DNA of 64,000 bases from an uncultured Methanomassiliicoccales archaeon. GTDB lineage: Archaea > Thermoplasmatota > Thermoplasmata > Methanomassiliicoccales > UBA472. The stretch lies in contig OY968769.1 in the NCBI GenBank assembly GCA_963695345.1, positions 928,001 through 992,000 on the forward strand. Reading direction: 5' to 3'. Position numbers and translations under genes: made by a program. Below are positions 48,485 to 60,487 of this stretch, one piece after another; the stretch's first letter is position 1; every line of letters starts with the position of its first letter. Under the pieces are notes generated by a model. That model made no database searches. It saw only the letters and a list, made by a program, of their open reading frames with translations, and was not told the DNA's origin.

Positions 48485-50359
48485 CTAGGGTTTCTTCTCG
48501 TCCTCATCGACTATCTTATATTCAGCGTCTATGGTCCCGTCCTCATTTTGTTTGGCTTGACCGGACTGCTGCCCCGGCTGCTGGCCCTGTTGCCCTGCCT
48601 GCTGTTCCCGCTGCACGTTCTGGTAGACGCGGGCCGATATCGCATAGAAGACCTTGGACAAGGCCTCCATCTTCGCCTTTATGGTGGCGGTGTCGCCCTT
48701 CGGGATCTCTCCCTTCAGTTCGGCCACCGCGTTCTCCACGTTGACCCGTTCCTCGTTGGTGGCCTGAGCCCCCAGCTCCTGGAGCGCGTGCTCGGTGGTG
48801 TAGATGAGGTTGTCCGCCTGGTTGATGGTGTCGACGCGCTCACGGTTCTTCTTATCGTCAGCGGCGAACGCCTCTGCATCATGCACCATCTTCTCGATCT
48901 CATCCTTCGACAGCTTGGTCGAGGCGGTGATGGTGATGGCGGTCTTCTTCTGCGTTCCCAGGTCCTTGGCGCTGACATTGATGATGCCGTTCGCATCGAT
49001 ATCGAAGGTGACCTCGATCTGCGGAACGCCCCTGGGCGCCGGCGGTATGCCGGAAAGCATGAACTTGCCCAACGATGTGTTGTTGGCGGCCATCTCCCTC
49101 TCGCCCTGCAGGACGTGGATCTCCACGCTGTTCTGCCCGTCCGCCGCGGTGGAGAACACCTGCGACTTGCGGGTGGGGATGGTGGTGTTCCTCTCGATCA
49201 GCTTGGTGGAGACACCGCCCAGCGTCTCGATGCCCAAAGAGAGCGGGGTAACGTCCAGCAGCAGGACGTCCTTGACCTCGCCGGAAAGGACGGCGGCTTG
49301 GATGGCGGCCCCCATGGCCACGCACTCCATCGGGTCGACGCCCCTCTGGATCTTCTTGCCCACCTCTTTTTCGATGAACCTCTGCACCAGCGGCATTCTG
49401 GTCGGCCCGCCCACCAGGATGACGTTGTCGATCTGTTCGTGGGTCAGATGCGCGTCCTTGAGCGCATTCTGGACCGGAACGCGGCAGCGTTCAACGACTG
49501 GGTTGATGAGCTCTTCCAGCGTCGCCCGGGTAATGGTCTGGGACAGGTGCTTCGGCCCGGAGGCGTCCGCGGAGATGAACGGCAGGTTGATCTCGGTGGA
49601 CATCGTTGTCGAGAGCTCTATCTTTGCCTTCTCGCAAGCCTCCCGGACACGCCACATGGCCATCTTGTCCGAGTTCAGGTCCACTCCGGACTGCTTCCTG
49701 AATTCCTGGACGACGAACTTCATCAGTATCTCGTCCATGTCGGTCCCACCCAGCTGGGTGTCGCCGGACGTCGAAACCACCTCGAAAACGCCCTCCGAGA
49801 AGTCCATGATGGTGACATCGAGGGTACCGCCGCCCAGGTCGAAGACCATGATCTTCTGCGCCGTGTTCTGCTTGTCCAGACCATAGGCCAGGGCGGCCGC
49901 GGTCGGCTCGTTGATGATCCTGATGACCTCCAGGCCGGCGATGGCGCCAGCGTCCTTGGTGGCCGTCCTCTGGTTGTCGTTGAAGTAGGCCGGGACGGTG
50001 ATGACCGCCTTGGTCACGGTATCGTTGAGGTAAGCCTCTGCATCCCTCTTGATCTTCTGCAGGATGAACGCCGATATCTGCTGTGGGGTGTATTCCTTGC
50101 CGCTGATGTTTACCTTGTAGTCAGTACCCATCTTCCTCTTGATGGCGGCGATGGTCCCCTCCGGGTTGGTGACCGCCTGACGCCTGGCCGGTTCTCCGAC
50201 CAGAAGCTGGCCGTCCTTTGTGAATGCGACATATGAAGGGAATGCCTTCCCGCCGATGCTCGTCCCCTCTGCGCTCGGTATGATCGTTGGCCTTCCGCCT
50301 TCCATTACCGCGGCGGCCGAATTGCTGGTTCCTAGGTCTATCCCGATGATTTTTGCCAT
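48485..50359 (-). CDS. dnaK: Chaperone DnaK (Hsp70)
   Basis: [40 protein letters not shown]. Confidence 0.98.
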   Translation of the reverse strand: MAKIIGIDLGTSNSAAAVMEGGRPTIIPSAEGTSIGGKAFPSYVAFTKDGQLLVGEPARRQAVTNPEGTIAAIKRKMGTDYKVNISGKEYTPQQISAFILQKIKRDAEAYLNDTVTKAVITVPAYFNDNQRTATKDAGAIAGLEVIRIINEPTAAALAYGLDKQNTAQKIMVFDLGGGTLDVTIMDFSEGVFEVVSTSGDTQLGGTDMDEILMKFVVQEFRKQSGVDLNSDKMAMWRVREACEKAKIELSTTMSTEINLPFISADASGPKHLSQTITRATLEELINPVVERCRVPVQNALKDAHLTHEQIDNVILVGGPTRMPLVQRFIEKEVGKKIQRGVDPMECVAMGAAIQAAVLSGEVKDVLLLDVTPLSLGIETLGGVSTKLIERNTTIPTRKSQVFSTAADGQNSVEIHVLQGEREMAANNTSLGKFMLSGIPPAPRGVPQIEVTFDIDANGIINVSAKDLGTQKKTAITITASTKLSKDEIEKMVHDAEAFAADDKKNRERVDTINQADNLIYTTEHALQELGAQATNEERVNVENAVAELKGEIPKGDTATIKAKMEALSKVFYAISARVYQNVQREQQAGQQGQQPGQQSGQAKQNEDGTIDAEYKIVDEDEKKP

Positions 50360-50370
50360 ATTGTTTCACC

Positions 50371-50931
50371 TCACTCTGTATTCGTCGTCTCCGGCTTCAC
50401 GCCGACCTTCACCTTCGAATGCCTCAGTACCCTGGGACCGAGGCAGTAGCCTTTCTGGTACACTTCGAGGATCTTACCTTCCTCTCCCTCGCCGATGCTC
50501 AAGGCCTCATGCACCGACGGGTCGAACTTCTCATTTGCTGGAATTTCTTTGAGTCCGTAGGACTTCAGTAGAGCCCCTAGGTTAAGATGTATCTGATTGA
50601 CGCCCTTCCGGAACTCCTCCGCCGAGGCGTTGGATGCCAAGGCCCGCTCCAGGTCGTCGTATATGATGAGCACTTCGGAGATCAGCTTGTCGTTGGATGA
50701 TCTGATTATCTCATCCCTGTCCTTGGCGGCCCGCTTGCGGTAGTTGTCAAATTCCGCGGTTATCCGCCTGGCCGCATCGAGGTACTCACGGGTCTGCCCC
50801 ATCTGTTTGTCCAAGGCGTCCCTCAGGTCCGCTGCCTGCTGCTGTAGTTGCTCGATCTGGACCTGTTCTTCGGTCATATCCCTGGACTCAACCTTCTCGT
50901 TAGTGGCCTTCCCCTCAGCGCCCTCGCTCAT
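50371..50931 (-). CDS. grpE: Nucleotide exchange factor GrpE
   Basis: AEFDNYRKR, DDLERA, FDP..HEA, QKGY.....LR...V.V. Confidence 0.95.
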   Translation of the reverse strand: MSEGAEGKATNEKVESRDMTEEQVQIEQLQQQAADLRDALDKQMGQTREYLDAARRITAEFDNYRKRAAKDRDEIIRSSNDKLISEVLIIYDDLERALASNASAEEFRKGVNQIHLNLGALLKSYGLKEIPANEKFDPSVHEALSIGEGEEGKILEVYQKGYCLGPRVLRHSKVKVGVKPETTNTE

Positions 50932-50984
50932 CCCTTATCACCTTGAAACATAGATTATTAGAACGTGGTCATAAATGATTTTTG

Positions 50985-51002
50985 GCGGGGGTCGCCCCCC
51001 GC
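50985..51002 (-). terminator. GC-rich hairpin downstream of thermosome gene
   Basis: GCGGGGG-TCGC-CCCCCGC stem-loop ~12 nt after the stop. Confidence 0.5.
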
Positions 51003-51014
51003 ATTAGGGTTTGT

Positions 51015-52652
51015 TTAATCCTCGCCCATGCCGCCCATTCCCGGCATTCCGCCAGGCATGCCGCCGCCACCATGGCCGCCCTTGGAGGCGATTACGTCGT
51101 CGATCCTGAGGATCATGACGGCCGCATCCGTGGCCGAGTTGATGGCCTGCCTGCCGACGCAGAATGGCTCGAGCACGTTGAGCTTGACCATGTCCTCGAT
51201 CTTTCCGGTGAAGACATTGACGCCCGCGTGCACCTTCCCGTTCTTGTGGGCCTTCCTGAGCTCGATCAGTATGTCGATCGGGTCCAGGCCGGCGTTCTCG
51301 GACAGTGCGGTCGGTATTACTTCCATTGCGGAGGCGAACGCGTCAATGGCGATCTGCTCCCTGCCGCCGACCGATGCCGAGTATGCCCTCAGCTTCATGG
51401 CCACTTCTTCCGCGGTCGATCCGCCGCCGGTGAGCATCCTGCCTTCCTCGATGGCCACAGCGACGACGCTCATGGCGTCGTCCAGGGACCTCTCGATCTC
51501 GGCGATGACGTGGTCGGTGCCGCCCCTGATGAGGACGGACACTGCCTTCGGGTTCTTGCAGCCGGTGACGAACGACATCTCGTCGTCCTGGATCTTCCTT
51601 ACTTCGATCAGGCCCGCGAATCCCAGGTCCTCAGCCTCGAGCTCGTCGACCTTGGTCACGACGTTGGCGCCGGTGGCCTTGGCGAGCTTCTCGATATCGG
51701 ACTTCTTGACCCGCCTGACGGCGTAGATCTTTTCCTTGGCAAAGTAGTGCTGGACCAGATCATCGACTCCCTTCTGGCAGAAGACGGCGGTGGCGCCGGT
51801 GGCCTTGATCTTGGCGACCATCTTCTTCAGCATGTTCTCTTCCTCATCGAGGAAAGCCTGCATCTGGTTCGGGTCGGTGATCTCGATCTTGGCGTCGACC
51901 TCGGTCTTCTTGACCTCGAGTGCGGCATCCAGCAAGGCGATCTTGGCCTTCTCGACCCTCTTCGGCATGGCTGGGTGGACCGGTTCCTTGTCGACGATGA
52001 TTCCGTCGATGGTTATGGTGTCCTCCATCGAGCCGCCGGTCTTCTTGACCACCTGGATGTTGTCCATGTCGACGACCCACTTCTTGCCGACCTTCTCAGC
52101 GACCTTCTTTACAGCATCGACCGAGACCTGGGCCATCAGTTCCTTCGATCCGACGATCGATTTGGACATCATGGCGGTCTGGGCGATCTTGATGAGGGTG
52201 GCGCGGTCGTCGGCCTTCAATTCGATGGCCGAAGCGTCCAGGACCTCCATGGCTTTGGAGGCGGCGAGCCGGTATCCGTGGGTGATGACGGTGGGGTGAA
52301 CGTTGGCATCGATCAGGTCGACTGCCTTCTTCAGCAGTTCTCCGGCGAGGACCACAGCGGTCGTTGTTCCGTCTCCGCATTCCTCATCCTGGGTCTTGGC
52401 GACCTCGACCAGCATCTTGGCGGCCGGGTGATCGACATCAATCTCCTTCAAGATGGTGACTCCGTCGTTGGTGATTACTACGTCGCCCAATGTGTCGACG
52501 AGCATCTTGTCCATACCACGGGGACCAAGGGTGCTCCGGACCGCGTCAGCGATGGCCCTGGCAGCCATGATGTTGTTGTACTGGGCGTCCTTACCCTTGT
52601 CACGCTTTGTACCCTCCTTAAGGATGAGTATCGGTGTGTTTCCCATTGACAT
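51015..52652 (-). CDS. ths: Thermosome (group II chaperonin) subunit
   Basis: [28 protein letters not shown]-rich C-terminal tail. Confidence 0.97.
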   Translation of the reverse strand: MSMGNTPILILKEGTKRDKGKDAQYNNIMAARAIADAVRSTLGPRGMDKMLVDTLGDVVITNDGVTILKEIDVDHPAAKMLVEVAKTQDEECGDGTTTAVVLAGELLKKAVDLIDANVHPTVITHGYRLAASKAMEVLDASAIELKADDRATLIKIAQTAMMSKSIVGSKELMAQVSVDAVKKVAEKVGKKWVVDMDNIQVVKKTGGSMEDTITIDGIIVDKEPVHPAMPKRVEKAKIALLDAALEVKKTEVDAKIEITDPNQMQAFLDEEENMLKKMVAKIKATGATAVFCQKGVDDLVQHYFAKEKIYAVRRVKKSDIEKLAKATGANVVTKVDELEAEDLGFAGLIEVRKIQDDEMSFVTGCKNPKAVSVLIRGGTDHVIAEIERSLDDAMSVVAVAIEEGRMLTGGGSTAEEVAMKLRAYSASVGGREQIAIDAFASAMEVIPTALSENAGLDPIDILIELRKAHKNGKVHAGVNVFTGKIEDMVKLNVLEPFCVGRQAINSATDAAVMILRIDDVIASKGGHGGGGMPGGMPGMGGMGED

Positions 52653-52717
52653 TTTACATACCTCCCTGTTCTGAAATCTAACGCCTAGCTATGCTAGTAC
52701 GGCCCTTGGAATGTTTG

Positions 52718-52732
52718 TCCTTCTATATAAGA
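52718..52732 (-). promoter_or_regulatory. TATA box of thermosome promoter (CTTATATAGAA on minus strand)
   Basis: TTATATA ~70 nt upstream of ATG; GGGAGGT just before the start. Confidence 0.55.
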
Positions 52733-53001
52733 CTAATGTTGATGGGAGCCTGTCCACACACATAACGACCAGTAGCCGAAAATGGTTCGCGGTGCCGTGG
52801 CGGTGATCATGCCTGGACCATCTTTGTTCACTATAGGCATTGTCAAAGGCGATAGCCGACGGGACTTTCCATTTAAGACCAATCGGAGGTCATCTCTTTG
52901 TTAGTATTACCTATATCAATACCACGAATTCAGAATACTATAGAGGAACCCGGACGATAATCATTTAAGCGAAATCCTGTGTTCGGAAAGAGAGGAGAAG
53001 A

Positions 53002-53646
53002 ATGGGCGAACTTGACAAGACCATCGCGGTCGTCTTCAAGCGTGGCGGCAAGAACGTTATGTCAGAGATGGAGTTCGTCAATAATGTCATCTTCAATTTC
53101 CGGTACTCTGGCACGAAAGACGGGTTCAAGTTGGATGCCAGAAAGGCACAACAGGTGATGGACGCGGGCTTGGCCAAAGGGCTCCTTAAGAAAGAGGAAG
53201 GTATGGTAAAACCGACCTTCGACTATCGCGAGTTCGATGTCCCGATGAACTACAAGCCTACCGAGGCGATCTTGTCGGAACTCATCGGCGAGGCGTCCCC
53301 CACCCCGAAAACTTCGCCCAGCTCAGATGCCTCCGGGATAACCGTCCCTCCACCGATGCCTGTACCGGTTCCACAGATCAAGGAGATATCCAACCTTCCC
53401 GCGGCGGCACCTGGAAGACCGGTAAACACCGCCCCCAACGTACCCCAATCATTGTTCGCCCGGCTTGTGGAGGATATTTCCAAGGCATCCGGTCTGAAAA
53501 GGAACGACGTCGTAGCCCGGATCAATAAGGTACAGGAGAAATTGGGCACTGAGTCGATCGTAGCGGCACTCGCCGTGGCGCGAGACAACGGGGTCGAGAT
53601 TACCAAGTACCTCAAAGAGGCGAAGGAAGAGATCGTCAAATCATAA
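53002..53646 (+). CDS. DUF2240-like archaeal protein with Pro-rich linker
   Basis: L..TIAVVFK..G..M...EF, PTFDY....VP..YKP, C-terminal AALAVAR..GV. Confidence 0.7.
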   Translation: MGELDKTIAVVFKRGGKNVMSEMEFVNNVIFNFRYSGTKDGFKLDARKAQQVMDAGLAKGLLKKEEGMVKPTFDYREFDVPMNYKPTEAILSELIGEASPTPKTSPSSDASGITVPPPMPVPVPQIKEISNLPAAAPGRPVNTAPNVPQSLFARLVEDISKASGLKRNDVVARINKVQEKLGTESIVAALAVARDNGVEITKYLKEAKEEIVKS

Positions 53647-53787
53647 CCACCCGATTGTTTTTCTGATATCTGGCCATTCTACATCTCCTTTTTTCTGAAC
53701 GCAATTTGTCACGAAAACCAATAAATAACCGGTGTGCTATGACATGTCATAGCACGGATAACGTGCGAACAAAATGGAGGTTGACAA

Positions 53788-54390
53788 ATGGCCGAAGCGA
53801 ACCTGGACCTGAGCGAGAAGTCGTCCATGCATGTGCATATGAGAGAGCACGTGGCCGAGCAAGATGCCGCGATACACATGGGTTCCTCCGAGTATTACTC
53901 CCTCCAAAGGGCAATTTTCGAGGCTGCCCTGCCGATGATCACGCCACGCTGTAAGATCGTAGACCTCTCCTGCTCGAACGGCGATTGGCTGGCCCCATTC
54001 GTTGAGAGGTTCGAGGATCTCTGCCACTTCGTCGCCATTGGGGAAGACGAGAAGATCACATACTCCTGCCTGGACCGGTTCAGGATGCGCGTCAGGTTGG
54101 GGTTCTTTGAGATCTGCCAACTCGACCTGGCGGAACGGTTCCCGGAGACCTGCTCCCGTGTCACGATCTCGGTCATGGGCATGGGCGGACTGAACCTTGA
54201 AAGACAGGTGGAGGTGCTCCAGAAGACCCACCGTTTCCTGGAGAGAGGAGGCGCCTTCGTCATGGCAGAAAGGGTCTCCAGCACCCTGGACGTGGAACAC
54301 TGGGAGAGATCCCTCAGGAAATCCGGGTTCAAAATGGTCCGCAAACTCTGGAGCAAGGGCGGGGTTGTGGCCTGGATCGCTCTGAAGTAA
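53788..54390 (+). CDS. Class I methyltransferase-fold protein (CmoA-like, degenerate motif I)
   Basis: IVDLSCSNG, L..GGAFVMAE, L.KSGF; GGAGGT upstream. Confidence 0.6.
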   Translation: MAEANLDLSEKSSMHVHMREHVAEQDAAIHMGSSEYYSLQRAIFEAALPMITPRCKIVDLSCSNGDWLAPFVERFEDLCHFVAIGEDEKITYSCLDRFRMRVRLGFFEICQLDLAERFPETCSRVTISVMGMGGLNLERQVEVLQKTHRFLERGGAFVMAERVSSTLDVEHWERSLRKSGFKMVRKLWSKGGVVAWIALK

Positions 54391-54724
54391 TGACATATCA
54401 ACGATTCAAAGATGTGATGAGGTAAGGCATTCATTCAAAAGCCAATTCCTAATCGGAGTCCCTTAGAGCAGTGTCTGAATGAGGTAACCACAGCCATCAA
54501 TGATCCCTAAAGTGATTTTCTGCCTATTATGTCAATAGAGCTCTGGTCATCATGTGCTCAACCAGAATGACTATGAGAGGATGTAGTGATGTCGACCTTG
54601 TTAATCAATTAATAACAAATTATTTTCAATATTAAACAAATTACAAGACCTTAAATTAGGCCGGTATGAATTGATTCATACCCTGACGGAAGTTAGATTC
54701 GGGGACATCAGAGGGGAGAATTTC

Positions 54725-57700
54725 ATGAGCACGAGAAAATGGATTTCAATCAAGGGCCTGGGGTTCGCACTCGCAGTGATGATGTTGCTGTCCTGCGTGG
54801 TCTTGGTCCCAGAAGAGATTGGAGGAACGACCCAGACCAATACTACGGCGCTAGCGGTGGGAACAACGGTTCCGACGGCACCGCTCAATTTGCAGGCCGA
54901 TGCCGGAAACGAGTTCGTGTGGCTTTGGTGGGACCACCCAACGGACCAAGGCAGCGATCTGATAAAGAACTACACCATCTATCGAAATGTGACCGGCAGT
55001 TCGACGACTTTCGATAAGCTTAACACGGTCCAGATCGGTCCATTTAATCCTGTGGGCATCAATGAGGCCTACAATGACACCACGGTGATCAACGGCATAC
55101 AGTACTATTACAAGATAGCCGCCGACAGCGATGCAGGCGAGGGGCCTAACTCCAGTGTGGTATCGGTTATCCCTGTTGCGAGCGCGACACCCCCTGGGGC
55201 AGTCCAGAACTTTCAGGTTTTGAACCAGGTCTATGACGCCCAGTTGAATTGGTCCGCTCCAGCGAGTGCCGGGAGCACGCCGATACGCTTCATCCATGTG
55301 TATACTCCAGACTCTGGGCTCCCAATAGTTTTGCCCGCTACGGCCAACGGATATCACGACACCAACCTCATAGCTGGCCAAACGTACAACTATACTGTTA
55401 GAGCGATTAGCAGCACCTCGGGCAACAACAATGCTTCTTTGGAGAGGCTAATTGGAGGGACGGGCGATATTCCTGGAAGCCCGGAGAATCTGACAGCTTT
55501 GGGCGGCAATAATTCGGTATTTCTGGTTTGGGACGACCCGGCCAACCCGTCATCTCATGGATTAAGAAACTATACGATCTGGCGTTCGGACGCCGAGACA
55601 GGTCCGTTTTCGTATATCGCCAACAGAAGTGAGTTTGTTATCTTTAATATTGTAATCAGTGGGCCATTCCCATTCTATTCGGACACAAGTGCCATAAATG
55701 GCCAAAAATACTACTATCGGGTGGTTTCGAACAACCAGTTCGGATCAAGCGCGCCCTCGAACATCGCGAATGCCACGCCAGCCCCTATTCCGTATATTGT
55801 GCCTAAAGTGCTGGCAACAGCGTATCCAGGCAACGGTCAGGTGTTGCTCGTTTGGTCTCCCCCCTCTTTCAATACCACTGGATTTGACATATACAGGTCT
55901 GCCACGGCGGGAGTTAGGGGAGATCTGATAGCCGGTCCGTTGGCGGTGTCCCAGTTCTATTCATATGACAATACCACGACGAATGGCAATAAGTACTACT
56001 ATACGGTGAGAGCCAACCTCAGCGGTGTCTACTTGTTCTCCGATCAGGTGAACGCGACACCGTTCGCCGGGACGGCTCCATCCGCACCAACGAACCTCAT
56101 AGCGACGCCGGATTCATCAGGCGTCGATCTATATGTGAACTTGACATCCAGCCAAGATGTCATCATCGGTTACTCGATCTATAGGGGAAACAGCACCGGG
56201 GCCGAAGGGGCGGTCCCGATCGAGAATGTGAGTACGATTGGATTCTTCGGATTCATCGGATTGCAGACAGGATTGTTCCACATAGATACAGACGGTTCTG
56301 CCTTGGATGATGTAAATTATTACTATACTGTATCCGTCAGGAACCTGTTCGGGGAGAGCCCACACTCGAATGAGGCCACTTCATTCGCCAGTTCCACCGG
56401 CGACGCCCCTGGGCGGGTCACGGACCTAAGAGCCACGGGAGGGAATGGCCAGGTTACCTTGAACTGGAACAAACCTCTGTATCAGGGAACGGCCAACGTA
56501 TTGTTCTATGAAATCTTCAGGTACAATGGGACAGTATGGAGGCAAGCAGGATTTGTCACCGGAGGGTTGGGCGAGCAGACTTTTGTGGACACCCATCTAA
56601 CGCCAGGGACCTATGGCTACTATGTACTGGCATCCAACAACTATGGCGACGGACTTGACCAATCAAACGTAGCTGAGGCCACGGCCACATCCTCGAATGT
56701 CATCCCAAGCGCGCCGACCAATCTGATCGCAACCCCCGGAACCGGCTACGTCCTGCTGTCATGGAGCGCCCCGACTACGGTGGGTCCGGGAATAACCGGC
56801 TACAAGGTATTCAGAGGAACGACCGCGGGAGGAGAAGGCACCACACCAATCCAGACCGTGGGTAATGTGCTAACATACAATGACACTACGGTCGTGCCTG
56901 GACTGCCTTACTTCTATAAGGTGGCCGCGGTCAACTCGGTCGGAACAGGGCCGGATTCGAGCGAGGTCACTGGGACCGCCCCTGCCCCATCCGCCCCCAC
57001 CGCGCCCGTTGACCTTACCGCGTCCGCTGGGCAGGGCCAGATCATCCTGAACTGGAGCGCACCGCCACCGTTGGAACCGGGATCACCGAGTATCGTATCT
57101 TCAGGGGAACGACCGCGGGAGGAGAGGGAACCACGGCGATAGCCACGGTCGCCGGTACGGTGCTGACATATGTCGATGTCAACGTCGTTTCCGGAGGAAC
57201 GTACTATTACAAGGTGAGGGCGGTCAATTCGGCCGGGGCTGGGCCTGATTCGAACGAGGCTTCGGCCACACCGTTGACAGTAGAGGGGATACCGAGCCCG
57301 CCCACGTCACTTGCGGGGGCGGCAGGCAATGGGTACATCCAACTGAACTGGACCGCACCTTCGGATGAGGGAGGCAGCGCCATCTCCTCCTATAACGTGT
57401 ACAGGGGAACGTCCGCCTCGGGAGAGGATGCGACGCCGATCGCCAGCGTGACCGGGACAACATACACATACAATGACACGTCGGTCACCAACCAGGTGCC
57501 TTACTATTATGTAGTGAAGGCGGTCAACGCGAACGGAACGAGCAACCCCTCGAACGAGGTCACGGCGACTCCGCTCAACCCGGCGCTCCCATCGGCTCCG
57601 AGGAACGTTTCAGCCACCCCGGGTGCGGGCAAGGTCGTGATCCTATGGGACGCGCCTGCCAATGCTGGTACGGCCCCGATCACCGGATATGACCTGTACC

Positions 57701-57981
57701 GTTCCGACAACGGATCCCAGCTGGTCCTTCTGACCACCACCAACGCAAACACGACCACCTATACGGATACGGCGGTCGTTCCGGGCCACAGCTACGGGTA
57801 CCAGGTGGTGGCTAATAACGCCAACGGGAACGGAACCGCTTCCGCCACCGCGACCGCCATACCCAACGCCAACGCTGGACCGGCGACCAGTGACAACACA
57901 CTGCTCTACGCTGGGATTGTCGTCGCGGTGATCGCCATATTGGGAGGAGGCGCCTTCTTTTTCATGAGGCGAAAGAAGTAA
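54725..57981 (+). CDS. Large fibronectin type III repeat cell-surface protein, ~1085 aa (apparent -1 frameshift ~57062)
   Basis: Signal-like N-terminus, ~10 FN3 repeats (PxAP.NL.A..G...L.W..P, Y.IYR, YND..V, YYY.V.A.N..G), C-terminal TM + RRKK. Confidence 0.9.
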
Positions 57982-58091
57982 ACCCGGCGCCCAAACCCTT
58001 TCCATCTCATTTTTAATTTCGCCTGATCAGAATAATTATTGACAAAAAAAGGACCAGTGAGCGTCACCGCCCCTGGTCGTTCCGATACCGA

Positions 58092-58581
58092 TCACTCTTT
58101 CTTGATGAAATCCGAGAGGGTCATCCCGCCCTTGGATACGGCAGCCTTCTCCGGTTTCATGACCGCCACCCGCTCGGTGATCTTGATCCCCAGAGTCTTC
58201 TCCACTTTGTGGATCAGTGCGTCGTCGGGACGCATGTCGCCGCGTTCCAGCTTGGTTGATGATGCTGAGACGTTCGCCCATCTTGCTGGCGAGCTCCTCC
58301 TGCTTCCAGCCGAGGGCCTCACGGGTGTCCTTGATCATCTTGGGATAGTCCACGATCAGCTCTATCGTCTCTTCCTGCTGTCCGTAGACATCCTTGGTCT
58401 TCATCCGCCTTTCCCGGTTCTGGAGGCGGTTCTCGATGACCAGCTTGTTGGCCGGTTCCTTGCCCCCGGCCTTGGCCTGATCTCCGAACTTCGAACAATC
58501 CTTGCAGACCTTGAGAATGGTACTTTCTATCTGGACGGTGAACAGTCTGTCCGTTTCCTTACCACAGAGTTCGCAGAGCAT
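58092..58581 (-). CDS. mbf1: Archaeal multiprotein bridging factor aMBF1 (apparent +1 frameshift ~58255)
   Basis: CELCG..VCKDC..FG ribbon, HTH RE..GW.QEELA..KLE.G..P, TL.DF C-terminus. Confidence 0.9.
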
Positions 58582-58758
58582 GTCAATCGGAGCACAAATG
58601 AGCCTTCCTCGATTTAATGTTCTCCTTTTCCCGTTCATCGGGTACAGGGTGCCCATTTAATGAAAATCTATGCTGGATGATGCCGGACCTCCTTCGTCCG
58701 TGTATGGGAATCGGCACGAAACTGTAATATATATAGCGCTTTTATATGAGAGAACGAG

Positions 58759-59979
58759 GTGCCAAGATTGAGTGATGAACAGCTCGACGACTATATCTCC
58801 AAAGAAACCAAGGACAAGATGGAGATGGTCGAACGCCAAAACTCTGAGCTTCTGGAGGAGGTAAGGAGGGTCGAGGGCGAAAAGAGATACGTGGAGAGCG
58901 AGCTATTCCGACTGCAGAAGGAGCTTAAACGCATGCGCTCGGAGCTGGAGCGACTAAAATCCCCACCGCTGATCATCGGCAACATCAAGGATGTGCTTGT
59001 GGACGGGAGGGTCATTGTCAAGAGCTCAACCGGGCCCGATTTCATAGTAACAACTTCAGAGTATGTTCCCACAGATGAGATCATCGTGGGCGCCAGGGTG
59101 GCGCTGAACAAGCAGACCCTGGCGGTCATGTCTGTACTGCCATCGTCGCTTGACCCGATCGTCATCGGAGCGGAGATCATCGAAAAGCCGACCATATCAT
59201 ATGACGATGTGGGCGGACTGGAAGAGCAGATCATCGAGGTCAGGGAAGCGGTGGAAGACCCGCTGCTGAGGCCGGAGCTCTACAAGAGAGTCGGCATCGA
59301 ACCGCCAAAGGGCGTTCTCCTGGTCGGGCCGCCAGGAACGGGCAAGACCCTACTGGCCAAGGCCGTCGCCCATCAGACGAACGCCACCTTCATCAGGATG
59401 GTCGGTTCGGAACTGGTCCAGAAGTACATCGGTGAAGGCGCCCGACTGGTCCGGGAACTGTTCGAGCTGGCCAAGGACAAGGCACCGTCCATCGTGTTCA
59501 TCGACGAGCTGGACTCGATCGGTGCTAAGCGCCTCGATGTCGCCACATCCGGCGACCGCGAGGTACAGCGCACCCTGATGCAGCTGCTCGCCGAGCTGGA
59601 CGGGTTCAATCCGCTGGCCGACGTCAAGATCATCGGCGCCACCAACCGGCCGGACATCCTCGATGAGGCACTGCTGAGGCCGGGACGTTTCGACCGTATC
59701 ATCGAGATACCCATCCCGAACTACGAGGGCAGGCTCGCCATCTTCAAGATCCAGATGAAGAAGATGAACGTCGACGAGACGGTCATCGCGGTCGACCTGG
59801 CGTCCAAGGCGGAGTTCGCCACCGGCGCAGACATACGTGCGATCTGCACAGAGGCGGGCATGTTCGCCATCCGGGACAACCGCGATTATGTCACCGGAGC
59901 CGACTTCGAGAGGGCGATCGCCAAGGTCCTGGAGACCGACGAGATCAAGGGATCCGAGACCGGCGCGATGTTCGCGTAA
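58759..59979 (+). CDS. pan: Proteasome-activating nucleotidase
   Basis: N-terminal coiled coil, GPPGTGKT, FIDELD, ATNRPD.LD.ALLRPGRFDR, C-terminal MFA; TATATATA upstream. Confidence 0.96.
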   Translation: MPRLSDEQLDDYISKETKDKMEMVERQNSELLEEVRRVEGEKRYVESELFRLQKELKRMRSELERLKSPPLIIGNIKDVLVDGRVIVKSSTGPDFIVTTSEYVPTDEIIVGARVALNKQTLAVMSVLPSSLDPIVIGAEIIEKPTISYDDVGGLEEQIIEVREAVEDPLLRPELYKRVGIEPPKGVLLVGPPGTGKTLLAKAVAHQTNATFIRMVGSELVQKYIGEGARLVRELFELAKDKAPSIVFIDELDSIGAKRLDVATSGDREVQRTLMQLLAELDGFNPLADVKIIGATNRPDILDEALLRPGRFDRIIEIPIPNYEGRLAIFKIQMKKMNVDETVIAVDLASKAEFATGADIRAICTEAGMFAIRDNRDYVTGADFERAIAKVLETDEIKGSETGAMFA

Positions 59980-60178
59980 ACACTTTCAACCCAATTCCTT
60001 TCCTTTTCCTTATGCTTTGCCAGATGGCGTGAGAGTTTCATTTTTTACAAAAATGACAACATGCTCTAGCGTTGCCAAGCCGGATGATTTGTTGAAGAGG
60101 CAAGATTTGGGCTCTGATCGGAGGCTCTGGATAGAAATCAAACTTTAAGAACGCCTCAGGCCAACGGATACAATCGGT

Positions 60179-60388
60179 CTATGGCCATCTGGATTTTTTC
60201 CTCTTATCCGGCTTTTTCTCTTCCATGGCCTTGATCTCCTCCTCGGTCATGTCCCGCTCCAGGACCACCGGCCCGATGTAGTCGCAGGTCTTGCAGTGGT
60301 AGATCACGCCGGTGATCATGGCGTTCTCATAGTACAGATCGGATGAGCCGCACTGAGGGCAGGTCAAGATCGTCTTCGGCATGAACAA
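60179..60388 (-). CDS. Small zinc-ribbon protein
   Basis: CPQCGS..Y.CKTC.Y.G. Confidence 0.75.
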   Translation of the reverse strand: MFMPKTILTCPQCGSSDLYYENAMITGVIYHCKTCDYIGPVVLERDMTEEEIKAMEEKKPDKRKKSRWP

Positions 60389-60487
60389 GGATAGGTGAGG
60401 CCCATCCCTTAAAGGCGACGACAGTTCAGATTGACTGTTCGGGGCCCGGAAGTGCAGGATGAGGGACCCATACGCCTCAGCGGAACA

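Noticed and set aside
48548-50236. 562-aa ORF antisense to dnaK
   Set aside because: Well-known shadow ORF produced by codon bias on the strand opposite hsp70 genes; no independent motifs
50982-52649. 555-aa ORF antisense to the thermosome gene (likewise 40748-42310, 14711-15916, 47339-48400)
   Set aside because: Shadow frames of high-GC3 genes; they mirror the sense gene boundaries and contain no recognisable domains
54600-54660. Very AT-rich tract as a possible replication origin
   Set aside because: No ORB repeats or cdc6/orc1 gene nearby; more simply the FN3 gene promoter region
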